NCBI GenBank assembly: GCA_030141605.1
Contig: JAQGDQ010000531.1
Location: 1 to 64,000, forward strand
DNA from: Tubiluchus corallicola
Taxonomy: Eukaryota; Animalia; Priapulida
DNA length: 64,000 bases
Direction: 5' to 3'
The position numbers were made by a program, and so were the translations under genes. The notes under the pieces were generated by a model. It ran no database searches. It saw only the letters and a program-made list of their open reading frames with translations, and was not told where the DNA came from. Positions 1 through 14,710 of the stretch are shown one piece after another. Position 1 is the first letter of the stretch; each line of letters starts with the position of its first letter.

Positions 1-352
1 CTCAACAACTCCGCCATTTTAGTTTGACGTCATCAAGGAGAAGTCCAGCAACCAATGAGAATGCGTAGGGATTTACTACCACGAGACTCTTGTCATGTCA
101 TGATTTAATGTAGGGCGCCTTGCGCTAAATTTAGCGCACTGCGTATGCGACATGTGATTTCGAAATTACACTTGTTTTTTATACTTTTAGTAAATTAAGG
201 AGAAACGACAAATTGATGTGGACCACCGTAAGTGCATTCATGCCTGGTGACTTTTACTCTTCCTCAGACATTAACTAATTAACGTTAATTGTAATTAATC
301 TTATTCACGTAAATGTACAATTGTATTTTCAGAGTGAATAAATAATCTAATC
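1..352. repeat. Left arm of a near-identical inverted duplication (partner 10359..10710); probably continues before the window
   Basis: 1..352 reads as the reverse complement of 10359..10710 wherever compared (ctcaacaactccgccattttagtttgacgt vs acgtcaaactaaaatggcggagttgttgag); similarity stops abruptly after aataatctaatc. Confidence 0.95.
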
Positions 353-1774
353 TAATTGAAATTTGTGAAGAGGCAGTGCGGTGAATGGTCAGTTCAAATA
401 CCGATTTCGCTCACTTTTACTCGCTGCTTTTATCCTTATATAAAAAGATTTTGAATGTCACAGTTGTCGCAGAGATTAGTGCATATTAAATGACAAAGAT
501 ATTTCTCCTGAAAACGTAAAGGCAATGCTTCATTGTCAAGGAATAACGTGTTTCAGGCAGTATCGTAACTCTGCAGTGTGCAATCAAGGGCACTTGCTTC
601 TAGTCTTATTTCTGTGTAAGGTTTGGCGCATTTTTTGTGCCCCGCCCGATATAATCCCTTTGCATTTTTCTTACGCAGTTTTAGGGTTTGCACGTAAATT
701 AATATCAATTACTCCAAAATATACATATGAGTGACTGGCCAAAATTTCAATCCACAAGGGTCTGGCTGATTCAGCTTACATGATGCTTCCCACAAAAGCA
801 ATATGTTACCCATTGAACTTTGTCTGTATTCATTAGAGTTTATCTTTTTGAAAATACCCATGTTAACAATAGAGATCTCATCACACAAAGCAGAACCTAT
901 AACAACTGGCGTATCTAATCGACGGAGACACGATCTACGCTACACGCTCTTTATCAAACTCATTTTCTGACGCGCTTTCTGCTCTGAACACGAAGCAGGA
1001 TATTAACTTCTATTATTAAACTGATTAAATGATGTAATTACGTTATTTCCTTTTCAAAACTTCTGCCACAAGCAGAAATAGATACCTCCTACTAGCAGCA
1101 GACAAAGAAAAGCTATAATTTTCAATAATTCGCTTTGACAACGTAATAGTGATTGATACAAACGATAATTATAATGAGCCATTTTAAATTACTGAGGCGA
1201 GATTTTTCCCATGATTATCCCGGTATAATGTTTGCCTGCGTGACTAGAATTGCTCTGAGCAATGACCATCCTTGAACAGCTATTCATAACATACAAAGAA
1301 CACTTAAATTGCAACTCTTTATGTAATTATAATGTAGCTTTTTAAATTGACGAGGGGAGTTTTCCCAGGGCAATTAACATCTGGAGGGTGTTCATCATAC
1401 ACAGACAACTATTCTATTGTTACGTTCTGGTTTGCAAGGTGATTTGAAAGGCAGATAATTACAAGCTGCTCTTTAAAAATCGATACAGAAAATACAGGAT
1501 GTGATCTCTGGGCAATGAACAACATTGAGTTGCCTTTCTTATTAAGTTACGCTATTGAAAGCTTTACGTTAATTACAACTTTGTGTCTTAAGTTTAAAGG
1601 AAAACAAGAGTTTTTATATCCACCCAAATTTGAAGGGCGGTAAAAAGTAAAAATTTTAACACCTATATATAATAATTAATCAGCGTTTCTGATAATTAAA
1701 TCAAAAGAGTAGGTTAAAACTTGAATTGCTATTGAATGAGTCCAAGTGGCGCTAACGTCACAAGTGAACAGAAT

Positions 1775-2170
1775 TTTCAACAGCACAAATATCCACGTGT
1801 GTGATGCATGTTTTTGTTGAAAGCAAAAATTAAAAAGCTGTGCTATTGTACAACATTCAATGTGATATACAAAAACACGACAAACTTTGAGTTTAAATTT
1901 CAATTTTTATGTTTACTGCTCACGCATGACTATCGAACGTGTGCATCACTTCACAGTTGAACACTTCTGAACTGAGAAGTAAAACGTCTGTTTTTTGCGC
2001 AATGCGTTTCCGACATGTATGCGCTAGTGCCCATCTAACTAGAGAAGAGCAAAATGCTTTAAACAGCGAACAATTACTCGCGCAAACGAGAAATTACTTT
2101 TCCCGGGTAATAACTCTTTCACTTAAGTCGTCCTTGAAAAAATAGTATGTTCCCTATCAATATTTTACAG
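1775..2170 (+). repeat. Dispersed repeat, diverged copy of 14310..14710
   Basis: Collinear shared blocks, e.g. aatgcgtttccga, aactagagaagagcaaaatgc vs aactagcgattggcaaaatgc, ttgaaaaaatagt. Confidence 0.75.
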
Positions 2171-3169
2171 GGTAGTGTGTGTTGAGCTCTGCTGCTATAG
2201 TTGTCGTGACGGTAAAGTTGTTGCTGGGGTGTTTTGGGGAGGAGTCAACAACCGACATTGGCAGGTTTATCAGACTGTTTCTGAAGTTGCGATGTTCGTG
2301 TTATTTAGATGAAATCAATGGATAAAAACGTGTTTAACTTTGCGATCTGTGTTTTACTTAAAATCATAAACTCATAGTCAATCCACATATACACAAAATG
2401 GTAAACATAATCAACAGTAGTAAACAAGAGTTAAAGTAAACAATATATCATGGCATCTGAGTCAAAACTGTTTAAGCTTATTGCTTTCTTTCTAATCTTG
2501 CTAACAAGTGTGAAAAGCTACTACATTCACAGAGAATCCAAGTGACCCAGTTACATACAAACATATAGCAATAGCAACTACATAAGATACATAGAAAACT
2601 TCAAAGTTTATAAACAGATGTCAGCACTGAATTAGTTGAATAATTCTTTTCAGTAAGTAAGCGAAATGCTAAGTAACATAATTTTGCATAGAAAGATTTT
2701 TCGGGACATAATTTAACATTGTCTATTCTTCCCGATTTACGTTACTCGTATATGACGTCATGTAATGGCGCCGTTCGAACAGTATCACGGGAAATTTAAA
2801 ATGAAAACAAACAAAACAATATAAAGTTATATGACTTATTTTCCTGAAACCTACTTCAGGTAGCCATTTTTTTGTCCTTTAATTAACTTCGCAAAAGCGT
2901 TTTTTTACAAGAAGGTTGAAAATTTTCGGCAATAATTTTAAAAAGTGGGTCAGAGGTTTTTATGATAACATCGAAAGTTGTGTGCTTAAAAACATGTTGT
3001 CTACTGGCTTCTTTTATTACAGAAAAATAAACAAAAAACTGCACTGCACCTTTTCTGCCTCTCTAGTTTTAGTGTAGAAGTGCGATTCTTGGATTAAATG
3101 TGATTTCGTGTCTGTTGCTTGACCGATTTATCAGTGGAGCAAAAATTTGTTCTTTCCATCACTTGATCA

Positions 3170-3620
3170 CAGTCACACAGTTTGCCATAGATACAGTTCG
3201 AAAGTGTTACAGTTCGACTTGCCATTGGTAAGGTTTGCCAGTGATACAGTTCCCCAATAGTACAGTTTGCTACTAGTACAGTTCGCTAATGAAACGTTTT
3301 GCCTCTGGTACACTTTGTCAATAGTAAAGTTTGCCATGGTATGGTTTGCTATTGGTACAGTTCGCCAGTAGTACAGTTAGCCACTAGTACATTTCGCCAA
3401 TTTTCAGTTTGTCAGTGTTGCAGCTTGACAGTTGTACAATTTATCACTAGTACAGTCGCCACTAGTACATTTCTCCAATGGTACAGTTCGCCACTAGTAC
3501 ATTTCTCCAATGGTACAGTTCGACACTAGTACATTTCTCCAATGGTACAGTTCGACACTAGTTTAGTTCCACAATCTTACTGTTTGCCAGTGTAGCGGTT
3601 ATCCAGTAGAAGAGCTCACA
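3170..3620 (+). repeat. Degenerate ~21-bp tandem minisatellite (ccactagtacagttcg-like)
   Basis: Repeated tacagttcg/ccactagtaca units; accounts for spurious ORF 3299..3529. Confidence 0.8.
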
Positions 3621-3961
3621 ACTTCTACAGTTCTTTACTAGTTAAGCTCACCTATGCTATTTTGCTTTTAATTAGGTAGTTTTGGTCATAGAACTCTGAT
3701 TTGCTAATTTTGTTTTCACTTTGTTTTGCGTAAATTTGCTTAATTTTATTTACCATAATTGTTTGCTATTAATTTAATTTTGATCTGTTTTTCTATTCTA
3801 TTCTTTATTTTGTTCTAGCAATATTTGCTCGCCATGCTGAAATGAGTAGACTCACTATTTAGGGGTGGCAGACTAGATGACATTTTGGTCTTTCGCCATC
3901 CCGTCATTCTTTAATCTTGTTATATACTATCTATGATTGTTATTTTGAAGGCAAAATTTAA

Positions 3962-3977
3962 ATTATTATTTTTGTTA

Positions 3978-4054
<77 letters not shown>
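3962..4054. repeat. (ATT)n microsatellite
   Basis: Direct reading. Confidence 0.95.
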
Positions 4055-4055
<1 letters not shown>

Positions 4056-4088
4056 GTTTTAAATCAGCTTTGAACAAGAAGATCGTAT

Positions 4089-4782
4089 TTAAAGCAAAAG
4101 CAAAGTCTCTCGGGAAGTTGAGCTTAATCTAATATTTGAGAAAAATGTTAGAAGTTTCAGCAGTGAAATAGTGACAAGCGCCTCGTGTAAAATCGCGATC
4201 ACTTCACGCTTGGGGGCGCTCATTTTGGTGAAAAATGGCGTCATCTATTTACCGTGCAACATAAACTGTTATTCTGCCAAGTGCTTCAGTAATTTTTTTT
4301 ACTTATAGAACCTGGTACCTATTGTATGCTCACAAGTTTACATGCGTTTCTGAAAGTCAACAAAAGTCTGTAAATTAATTACATTTACGCAATTAATGTA
4401 TACGACACATTTTACGATCAAGTCCTGCCGGTTAAAGCTATGTAACCACTTTAATCTTGATCATAATTGATCAAATGACTAATTTTTACATAAACACAGT
4501 TAAATACAACGCTAGAATAGCTGAACTTCTGAGCGAACTGTAGAAGTTTCTCAACGCGTAACTTCATCTCACATTGCCTTCACAGCAGTCACCAGCTTAC
4601 GTCATTTTTTTAAATATGTGGGCAGCGACGTTCGTTTGGCGGGAGATAAAAAAATTAAATTTCTTTTACGTTTTTAAGCAAAAGATACTATGCGCAAAAA
4701 TTGTGTGGTTATTTCAATATTTCTAACTTTATATTAAATTACAATGCAATAAATGTTGTTCGAGGGTTGGTTCTTCCTTTAA
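4089..4782. mobile_element. Non-autonomous DNA transposon with TTAA ends (Kolobok-like); related right end at 55990..56175
   Basis: Ends ttaaagcaaaagcaaagtctctcg ... cgagggttggttcttcctttaa are degenerate inverted repeats bounded by TTAA; the last ~200 bp recurs at 55990..56175 ending gttgttcgagggtatgtttttcctttaa. Confidence 0.5.
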
Positions 4783-5515
4783 GAACATCAGTAGTTTGAA
4801 ATAAATGAACTTGCTTTATAAGTTTTTGTGCCAGGATGCAAATATCTAGACAGTTGCGAAATCTGAAAGTGATCTTGTGCTGATTTAAACTTGTATTGCC
4901 CCCTCTTTTCTGTTATAAATTGGTTTCCTTTTAAACAGGTCATGTGACTGGTCTTTTACCTGTACAACTCAAACACTGCAGTTACAGATTGTTTAGCGTC
5001 ATTTATTGATTCGTTGCTACAATTTCACAATTACACTTATAGAAGATCACCATGTAAGTTGATTTATTAATTTCTTAAATCTTAAACCTTTGTTTATTAA
5101 AAAGACTAGAGATTAGATTTTATAATTTGCGTAAAACTTTGTTAAAGTTAATTAAATCAGTTTGGTTTAGATTTCGCCGTAAAATTGAGCAAAATTATAT
5201 AAAATTATCTTATTTGTTTTCAGATTAAACGATACAAGCTACACAATTATCTTGTTGGAGATTTTTTATAAGAAGGTAGCACAGATCTAATAATAATAAT
5301 AATGGCGATGATGATAATAATGATGTCGACGTTCATGATGGTAACAAAAGAACAACAATAGTAATAAAAGTGGTCATAAAATATTAATAACAAGCTAAGA
5401 TGCACTTCTATTGAAAAAACTAACAGTGAACACTCTATACACGCGCATGCGCTCTAACCTTCAGCTAACCAATAAGCTCGCATTCAATTTCTGCTATTAA
5501 ATCGTCTGTTTATGC

Positions 5516-5982
5516 CAGTGGTTCCCAAAGTAGGGGTAAATTACCCCCGGGGGTAATATGGTTTTTTTGGGGGGTAATGGGCACCCCTCTGAAAATTTTT
5601 AAAACTTCGCTCGGAATGCATTTTACGTAGTTTTCTTCTTGAAGAGACTGCCTCCGGCAGGCAACACTGTGTCATGGGGTCCATCATTCGCACTTTCCCA
5701 AGATCTCTGGTGCGATCCTGGGGAGAAGTCAAAGTTTGTTCGAACGAACCTGCTCACTCAGTGATGAGCAGGTTCAGTAATTGTAATTCTTGTTTTGGCA
5801 ACAATACAACAACAACACCTGGAAATTTATTTATGTCACGAGCAAACATAAATAATTTTGCTTGCTTGTGGCATATACGTGTGTTTACTTTTTGAGTTGG
5901 AGAAGTAGTACTAGGTGGGGGTAATGGACACGACCGGGTTTCCCGATTTGGGTAACGGTCCGAGAAAGTTTGGGAACCACTG
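5516..5982. mobile_element. hAT-type MITE with 14-bp TIRs and exact 8-bp target-site duplication
   Basis: TIRs cagtggttcccaaa / tttgggaaccactg; TSD gtttatgc at 5508..5515 and 5983..5990. Confidence 0.93.
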
Positions 5983-6149
5983 GTTTATGCTGTAATAGTG
6001 ATTTCATAATTTCCCGTAAAATTATTCATTATATTGACAAATCAATGTCACCACTGCAGAATAATTAAGAAAAGTCAACATGTCACTAAATGAGAGACTA
6101 CATCACATTTAACAAACCTACGTTCTTAATCGGTTTAGCAAAATGAACT

Positions 6150-6335
6150 CAAACGCTGTATAAAACATGGAAATTTAAACTCCCGCAATGACCGTTAGAT
6201 GCAGCCATTTTGACAATAAGTCGTTTGAAACAAGTTTAGATAACATTGTGTAATGTTTGAAAAAATATTCATAGCATCAACGTCACTAACTGAGTAAAAT
6301 TTTAAATTACTGTATCTTGTCAATATGATTAAAAA
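6150..6335. repeat. Dispersed repeat; diverged inverted copy at 11413..11580
   Basis: tactgtatcttgtcaat vs attgacaagatacagta; ttagatgcagccattttga vs tcaaaatggctgcgtctaa. Confidence 0.7.
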
Positions 6336-6950
6336 ACCCGAAATTGGCAAAAATGAGGTGACATTCCTAAGAGAAAAAATTGAAATTCGCAAAAATGAGG
6401 TGACATTCCCAAGAGAAAAAACCGAAATTTGCAAAAATGAGGCGACATCACCGAGAGAAAAAACCTGAAATTCGCAAAAATGAGGCGACATCACCGAGAG
6501 AAAAAACCTGAAATTCGCAAAAATGAGGTGACATTCTCAAGAGAAAAAACCGAAATTTGCAAAAATGAGGCGACATTCCCGAGAAAGAAAACCTGAAATT
6601 CTCCAAAATGTGGTGACATTCTCATGAGAAAAAAACCGAAATTCGCAAAAATGTGGTGGCATTCTCGTGAGAAAAAATCCGAAATTCGCAAAAATGTGGC
6701 AAAATTCTCGTGAGAAAAAACCAGAAATTCGCAAAAATGTGGTGACATTCTCGTGAGAAAAAATCCGAAATTCGCAAAAATGTGGCAAAATTCTCGTGAG
6801 AAAAATACGAAAATACGCAAAAATGTGGCGACGTTTTCGTGAGAAAAAACGGAAATTCGCAAAAGTGTGGCCACATTCTTGAGAGAAAAAAATTCGCAAA
6901 AATTAGGTGACATTCACGAGAGAAAAAAACCCGAAATTCGTAATAATGTA
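6330..6950 (+). repeat. ~42-bp tandem minisatellite (gagaaaaaaccgaaattcgcaaaaatgaggtgacattc-like), about 14-15 copies
   Basis: Direct reading; produces the repetitive F/S/E-rich ORFs 6195..6913. Confidence 0.93.
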
Positions 6951-7607
6951 GCTAAAATCACGCCAAATGGTTTCGAACTTCATGTGAAGGATTTGTTACA
7001 AGACACTGTCGTGGGAATATTTTGGTGACTGTTGAACTTAAAAAAAAATCGATCGAGCGACAAAAATGTCGCGCCTCGTGAAAACAGGTTAGTTTTGCTC
7101 AGATAAAAACAATGAAGAAAGAAATTTTACGTTTTTGTATACAAAAATCAGATTAAGTTTTTTAATTTGGTGCAAAATTTAAGAGAGTCTCGCTCCCTCG
7201 TCTTCATGACTTTATGACAAACAATTCTAAAAATTAATGGAGAGCTCTGGAGTTTTACAGGATGCAGGATGATAGATCGACGGTGAATGCATTTTTATCA
7301 GGGGATTTCTGAGCGATTGAGTACACACACTTATTTTTAAGATTAGCGTTTAGTTTTTAGAGCGGATTAATCCGATTAACTCTGTTAATACTTGGCGCAT
7401 AGTTGTACTGAAAAGGGAGCATTTCTGTTAGACAGAATTGACTCCGACGTTCGAATTTTTCTTACAAAGGTAATCAGCTTAAAGCACGGATTAGCTTCTT
7501 TGCGATGAACAGGGCATTGAAAAAGGCACTTTATAATAGCTTTTGGGTGGCTGGCTAGGTGCCTACATTTAAAATTAACGTCAATCATTCTAGAGATAAG
7601 CTTGATA

Positions 7608-8996
<1,389 letters not shown>

Positions 8997-10358
8997 GTGA
9001 ATATTCTAGTAATAAGCAAATAAGAATTGCGGCAAGCAAAATTTAAATTTTGTGAAAGATAGTAGAAATAAATTATGATAATGCTGTGTAACTAATTTAA
9101 ACTATGCACAATTCAAGGTCTTCAAATTTAGATAATGCTGTCTGTAACAAACACAAACAGGCGCTGAAATTGAAAAGACAAACAAATAAAAACGGTTTAT
9201 TCATTGTTAATAGGATTTTTTTACTTAGAACCTTGAGACGCGGTATCGTTAAGCCTTGTTCACAAAGCGCGGCGGATAATTTTCCTCTAAGGACAATAAA
9301 GATTTAAAGCTCTGATAATGATAATCCGCTTAGCTAAATAACATTTCGACTTACCTTGAGATGATAAGTGTATGGTACAAACAGCACTAAGCAAAAATGG
9401 TACAGGTAAAAACGGCACAGTAATAATGGCACAGCAAAATAGGAGTTAACGTTATTGTTATTGTAGAGAATAATTAATTTAATTATTTTTTAATTGGTTA
9501 TATTTTACATGTCCTTCGTGTGTCTGGTCGTTCATTTGTTTGTTTGCTGTTTTTTATCTATTTGTTTGTTTTTTGTTTGTTAACAAAATTACTCAAAACT
9601 TTATTAATAGATTTGCATGAAATGTTAGAATATTATATACCGATGTTAGAATATCAGGAGACTGATCAATCTTAATATTCTTCTTCTTATTATTATTATT
9701 AATAATAATATTATTATTATTACTATTATTATTATTTTTTATTATACCTTTTGTGTATTTTAAGTACGAAATGAAAGTGTGAATTGAAATGAATTTGGAG
9801 TTTTTCGTGTCTCTAGACGTGCGTTTGTATTTACCTGGTTGCTGCTAGAAGTGAACTGAACTTGATGATGCACGTCCATCACACGTGAGGATGGTAAAAT
9901 TGCGCGACTATTAAGCTGTTCTCATTATTAGCTTAGTGCTGCTATCTGTTGAGTGCAAAAGGAAACTGTAAGCAGCTAACATTTATTCTGTATTATAACA
10001 ACCAATGTTTCAGAGTTTTTTTTGTAAAAATTAATAACCTTTATCAAAAGCTTGAAAAATTCATAGTTGATGAATCTAATTATTTCCACATACGAACCTG
10101 CATATCAAAAGCAGATACTAATACTAAAAAATTAGAACTAAGCAGGTAAACAAATATGATTGAAATGTTTATAGAGAATGTTACACTGCATATATGGCAG
10201 GAAGAAGAATTTTAAAAAGTGAATATTTACTATTTTCCATCCGCTTATTATAATTTAAAGGCATTTCTAGTAATTGCTACTGCAATTATATTCACTACAA
10301 GATAAGACACAAGCTTTCTCTACTATAATAATATAGCAACCAACGTCATCTTATTAAG

Positions 10359-10710
10359 GATTAGATTATTTATTCACTCTGAAAATACAATTGTACATTT
10401 ACGTGAATAAGATTAATTACAATTAACGTTAATTAGTTAATGTCTGAGGAAGAGTAAAAGTCACCAGGCATGAATGCACTTACGGTGGTCCACATCAATT
10501 TGTCGTTTCTCCTTAATTTACTAAAAGTATAAAAAACAAGTGTAATTTCGAAATCACATGTCGCATACGCAGTGCGCTAAATTTAGCGCAAGGCGCCCTA
10601 CATTAAATCATGACATGACAAGAGTCTCGTGGTAGTAAATCCCTACGCATTCTCATTGGTTGCTGGACTTCTCCTTGATGACGTCAAACTAAAATGGCGG
10701 AGTTGTTGAG
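10359..10710. repeat. Right arm of inverted duplication (partner 1..352)
   Basis: Reverse complement of 1..352. Confidence 0.95.
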
Positions 10711-11194
10711 CGCTGGTTTGTGAATGCAAGTAACGCATGACTAATGTACAGCAGTTGCACTACTACCTCGCAATGTGTACGAGCCTATGTATGTATAATG
10801 TTTGTCTAATGCTTGATTTACCTGTCTTCTGATAAACTAAACACTAGGAGTACTGTGTACGACAACAACTAAAATCTTGTATGCCTTAAATTCATTCAAT
10901 TAAATTAATGGTCTTTTTGCTATGCATGTGTTATGTAAAATATGTGTAGTATTTATATACTGTTAATATCAATAAATGTGTGTTTGCAATTAAATCACCC
11001 ATAAGTCGGCATAGTTGAAACTACGTTATGATACTTCAAATTAGAACTCGTGTTTCAGTTTAATCAGTTTTCAAAACAGTAGCAAAACTTTTAAGTCTTG
11101 CTTGTCTACAACTACGCCATTTTAATTTGACGTCATCAATGCGAAGTCCCTCAGCCAATGAGAATGCGTATGGAAGTACTGCCCCGAGACTCTT
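10620..11194. mobile_element. MITE-like element with ~90-bp imperfect terminal inverted repeats
   Basis: aagagtctcg...tacgcattctcattggttg...tgatgacgtcaaactaaaatggcg (10620..10710) mirrors cgccattttaatttgacgtcatcaa...ccaatgagaatgcgta...cgagactctt (11105..11194); no clear TSD. Confidence 0.75.
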
Positions 11195-12854
11195 CTAGCA
11201 ATACTGTTTCGACGGCGTCATTAAATGACGTAATATACGCACAACGTAAATCATTGGAAGAATGCGAAGTTATATTTCTTGGCATTTCGCTTACCTGTTT
11301 TTCAGACCTATGTAACTAGAAAAAGAATTATTAATTATTTAAAATACTTTCACTAATTGGTAAAATATTTTTGACTCACTTCCAGGGTGCACCACTCAGT
11401 AACCAAAAAACGTATTTTAATCTTATTGACAAGATACAGTAAAATTTTACCTTGTTAGGAATGTGTGCTACGAAACTTTACACAATGTTATCTAATCCTG
11501 TTTCAAATGACTTCATCAAAATGGCTGCGTCTAAAGGTTATCGCGGGACTTTAAACTTAACATGTTTTGTACAGCGTTACTGCCAATGCAAGTCATGTAT
11601 GCAAAAAGACAGTACGTAAGTAATGTAAAATTTCAAGAGGAATTTTTAAGTTTTAAGTAAGTGGAGGGTTTTCTTGTGTTTTAAGCCCTTTGCGATAGAC
11701 TAACTGTGCGAGTGATCGCAGACGGACTACGTTATTTTATGCTTTCTTAACTAGAACTTTCTCTGTCAAACGATTTTAAATGTGCTCTTCCGTTTCGAAA
11801 ATATAAAAATCCGTTTATGCTTTATGATTTATGATCGTATCTGAAAAATATCCTATTCTTATTCATTGTTATCAAACTATTTGGGTAAAAAAGACATAAA
11901 AGACAGTTTTATAATATACTAGAAATTCGTTCGACACAAATACTTGGTTTTTGCAAAACAAGGAAAAACAACATGAATTCATGGATAGTAACATTGATAA
12001 AAACAATCAGATATTTTTGAAACAGTTGCAAATTTTGCAGTTCTTATTCAGTACCCAAAGTCAGGGTCTACTTGTCATACGTTGTCACGGCTCAATATGG
12101 CTTGGCTGAATCTAATTAGTTGTCAAAGAAAATGCATTTAGTTGAATCAATGACACAAGATTTAGCGAAGTTATTTCACATCTATATAGCGGCCTTCAAC
12201 GATGTAAATACCAATATATACAATCTTCGTAAACAATTGATGTACCATTTACCTCTTTGCCGTTCTAAACATTTTAAAAGCAGTTTTAAACCTTATTCAC
12301 TTTTTAATTATTAGTAAGTTCATTACTACTGTATACACTGCGACAAGAAATATTAGTAATAATGGATTTTAATAAGATTATTTAATAAATTATTGTCTTT
12401 TAAATTTAATTTAAACTTCATATTACCTTAATTAATGTCATGTAAAGTCGTTTTAATAAATTAAAATTAAATTTAAATTTAAGCCTCAGTGAACCATAAT
12501 GTAATGTAATTTAACCTTTGGGTTACAAGAATATTTTTAATAAAATAAATATATTTATGTAACCATTAAGTAAATTATTAGCGACAAAGAAAAATAAACT
12601 TGAAAAAACATTTCACACGGAAACAAAGAAACCACATATATGTGCTATAATGATTCAACCACAAAAAACACATACAACAGAGCAACATACATACGTATCA
12701 TAAACTTAATATTATTACAGCTAGTCAGTCAATCAGGTTTGCACTGAGTTATCTCAATCGGGCCTGTCTTCAAATATTTTCTCGACCGATCTAGTATTCA
12801 TTTTAATAATTTCTACATCTTGTCACGCATTTAAAAACACAGACTGCTCACTAA

Positions 12855-14083
12855 GATACAAAACATTCCTCCCTTACATGAGCATACAGTGAACACTCAG
12901 GATAGAAATCAGAACGAATACCAAAAAATTCCTCTCTTACATGAGCGTACAGTGAACACTCAGAACAGAAATCAGAAAGAATACAAAAGCATTCCTCTCG
13001 TATATGAGCGTACAGTGAACACTCAGAACAGAAATCAGAAAGAATACAAAAACATTCCTCTCTTACATGAGCGTACAGTGAACACTCAGGATAGAAATCA
13101 GAAAGAATACAAAAACATTCCTCTCTTACATGAGCCTACAGTGAACACTCAGGATAGAAATCAGAAAGATTACAAAAACATTCCTCTCTTACATGAGCGT
13201 ACAGTGAACACTCAGGATAGACATCAGAAAGATTACAAAAACATTCCTCTCTTACATGAGCGTACAGTGAATACTCAGGATAGACATCAGAAAGATTACA
13301 AAAAACATTCCTCTCTTACATGAGCGTACAGTGAACACTCAGGACAGAAATCAGAAAGACTACAGAAACATTCCTCTCTTATATGATCATACAGTGAACA
13401 CTCAGGATAGAAATCAGAACGAATACCAAAAAATTCCTCTCTTACATGAGCGTACAGTGAACACTCAGAACAGAAATCAGAAAGAATACAAAAACATTCC
13501 ACTCTGACATGAGCGTACAGTGAACACTCAGGACAGAAATCAGAAAGAGTACAAAAACATTCCTCTCTTACATGAGCGTACAGTGAACACTCAGGACAGA
13601 AATCAGAAAGAATACAAAAGCATTCCTCTCGTATATGAGCGTACAGTGAACATTCAGGATAGAAATCAGAAAGAATACAAAAACATTCCTCTCTTAAATG
13701 AGCGTACAGTGAACACTCAGAACAGAAATCAGAAAGAATACAAAAACATTCCTCTCTTACATGAGCGTACAGTGAACACTCAGGATAGAAATCAGAAAGA
13801 TTACAAAAACATTCCTCTCTTATATGATCATACAGTGAACACTCAGGATAGAAATCAGAACGAATACCAAAAAAATCCTCTCTTACATGAGCGTACAGTG
13901 AACACTCAGGACAGAAATCAGAAAGAATACAAAAGCATTCCTCTCGTATATGAGCGTACAGTGAACACTCAGGACAGAAATCAGAAAGAATACAAAAGCA
14001 TTCCTCTCGTATATGAGCGTACAGTGAACATTCAGGATAGAAATCAGAAAGAATACAAAAACATTCCTCTCTTATATGAGCAT
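12855..14083 (+). repeat. 63-bp tandem minisatellite, about 19-20 copies
   Basis: Unit tacaaaaacattcctctcttacatgagcgtacagtgaacactcaggatagaaatcagaaagaa. Confidence 0.96.
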
Positions 14084-14309
14084 TTTAAGTGAATGAATTA
14101 TATTTACGCTGCTCTGTATCAGCCACAAAGGGAGCTTTAAAGGAAGACAGGAAAGTTTTTCATAAACCCCATATTCAAGTCCGATAAAAATACACATTTT
14201 AACACAGTTAATAGTGCAAAACGGTTTCTGATAATTAAATAATAAAATAAAAATTTCAATTAATGGCGAGGGCGAGTCCAACTATTGGTGATATCACAAA
14301 CTAACGCTA

Positions 14310-14710
14310 TCTCAACAGCAAAAATATTCCATGAGCGTGTTGCGCGTGTTTGCGAAAACGAAAATTGAAGTACATTGTTACTGCAAGATATTCAGTGTGT
14401 TGTACTAAAACTAGGCAAGTTTTAAGATAAAAATTCAAATTATAACTTTACCGCTGTGCTCGCGCATGAGCTGCCAAACGTGTCCAGTTCATCACAGATT
14501 AGCACATCTGAATTTAGAGGTACATCGCCTGTTTTTTTGTGTAATGCGTTTCCGAAATGCAGGCGCTGGGGCCAAACTAACTAGCGATTGGCAAAATGCG
14601 CGTAACAGTGAAGAACTAGTTGCGCGAACATGAAATTGTTTTTGCATGGAAATAATTCTTTCATTTAAGTCCTTATTGAAAAAATAGTTTGTTTTCTTTC
14701 AAAATTTTAA
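14310..14710 (+). repeat. Dispersed repeat, diverged copy of 1775..2170
   Basis: See partner. Confidence 0.75.

Noticed and set aside
6195-6913. Four overlapping Phe-rich ORFs
   Set aside because: By-products of the 42-bp minisatellite
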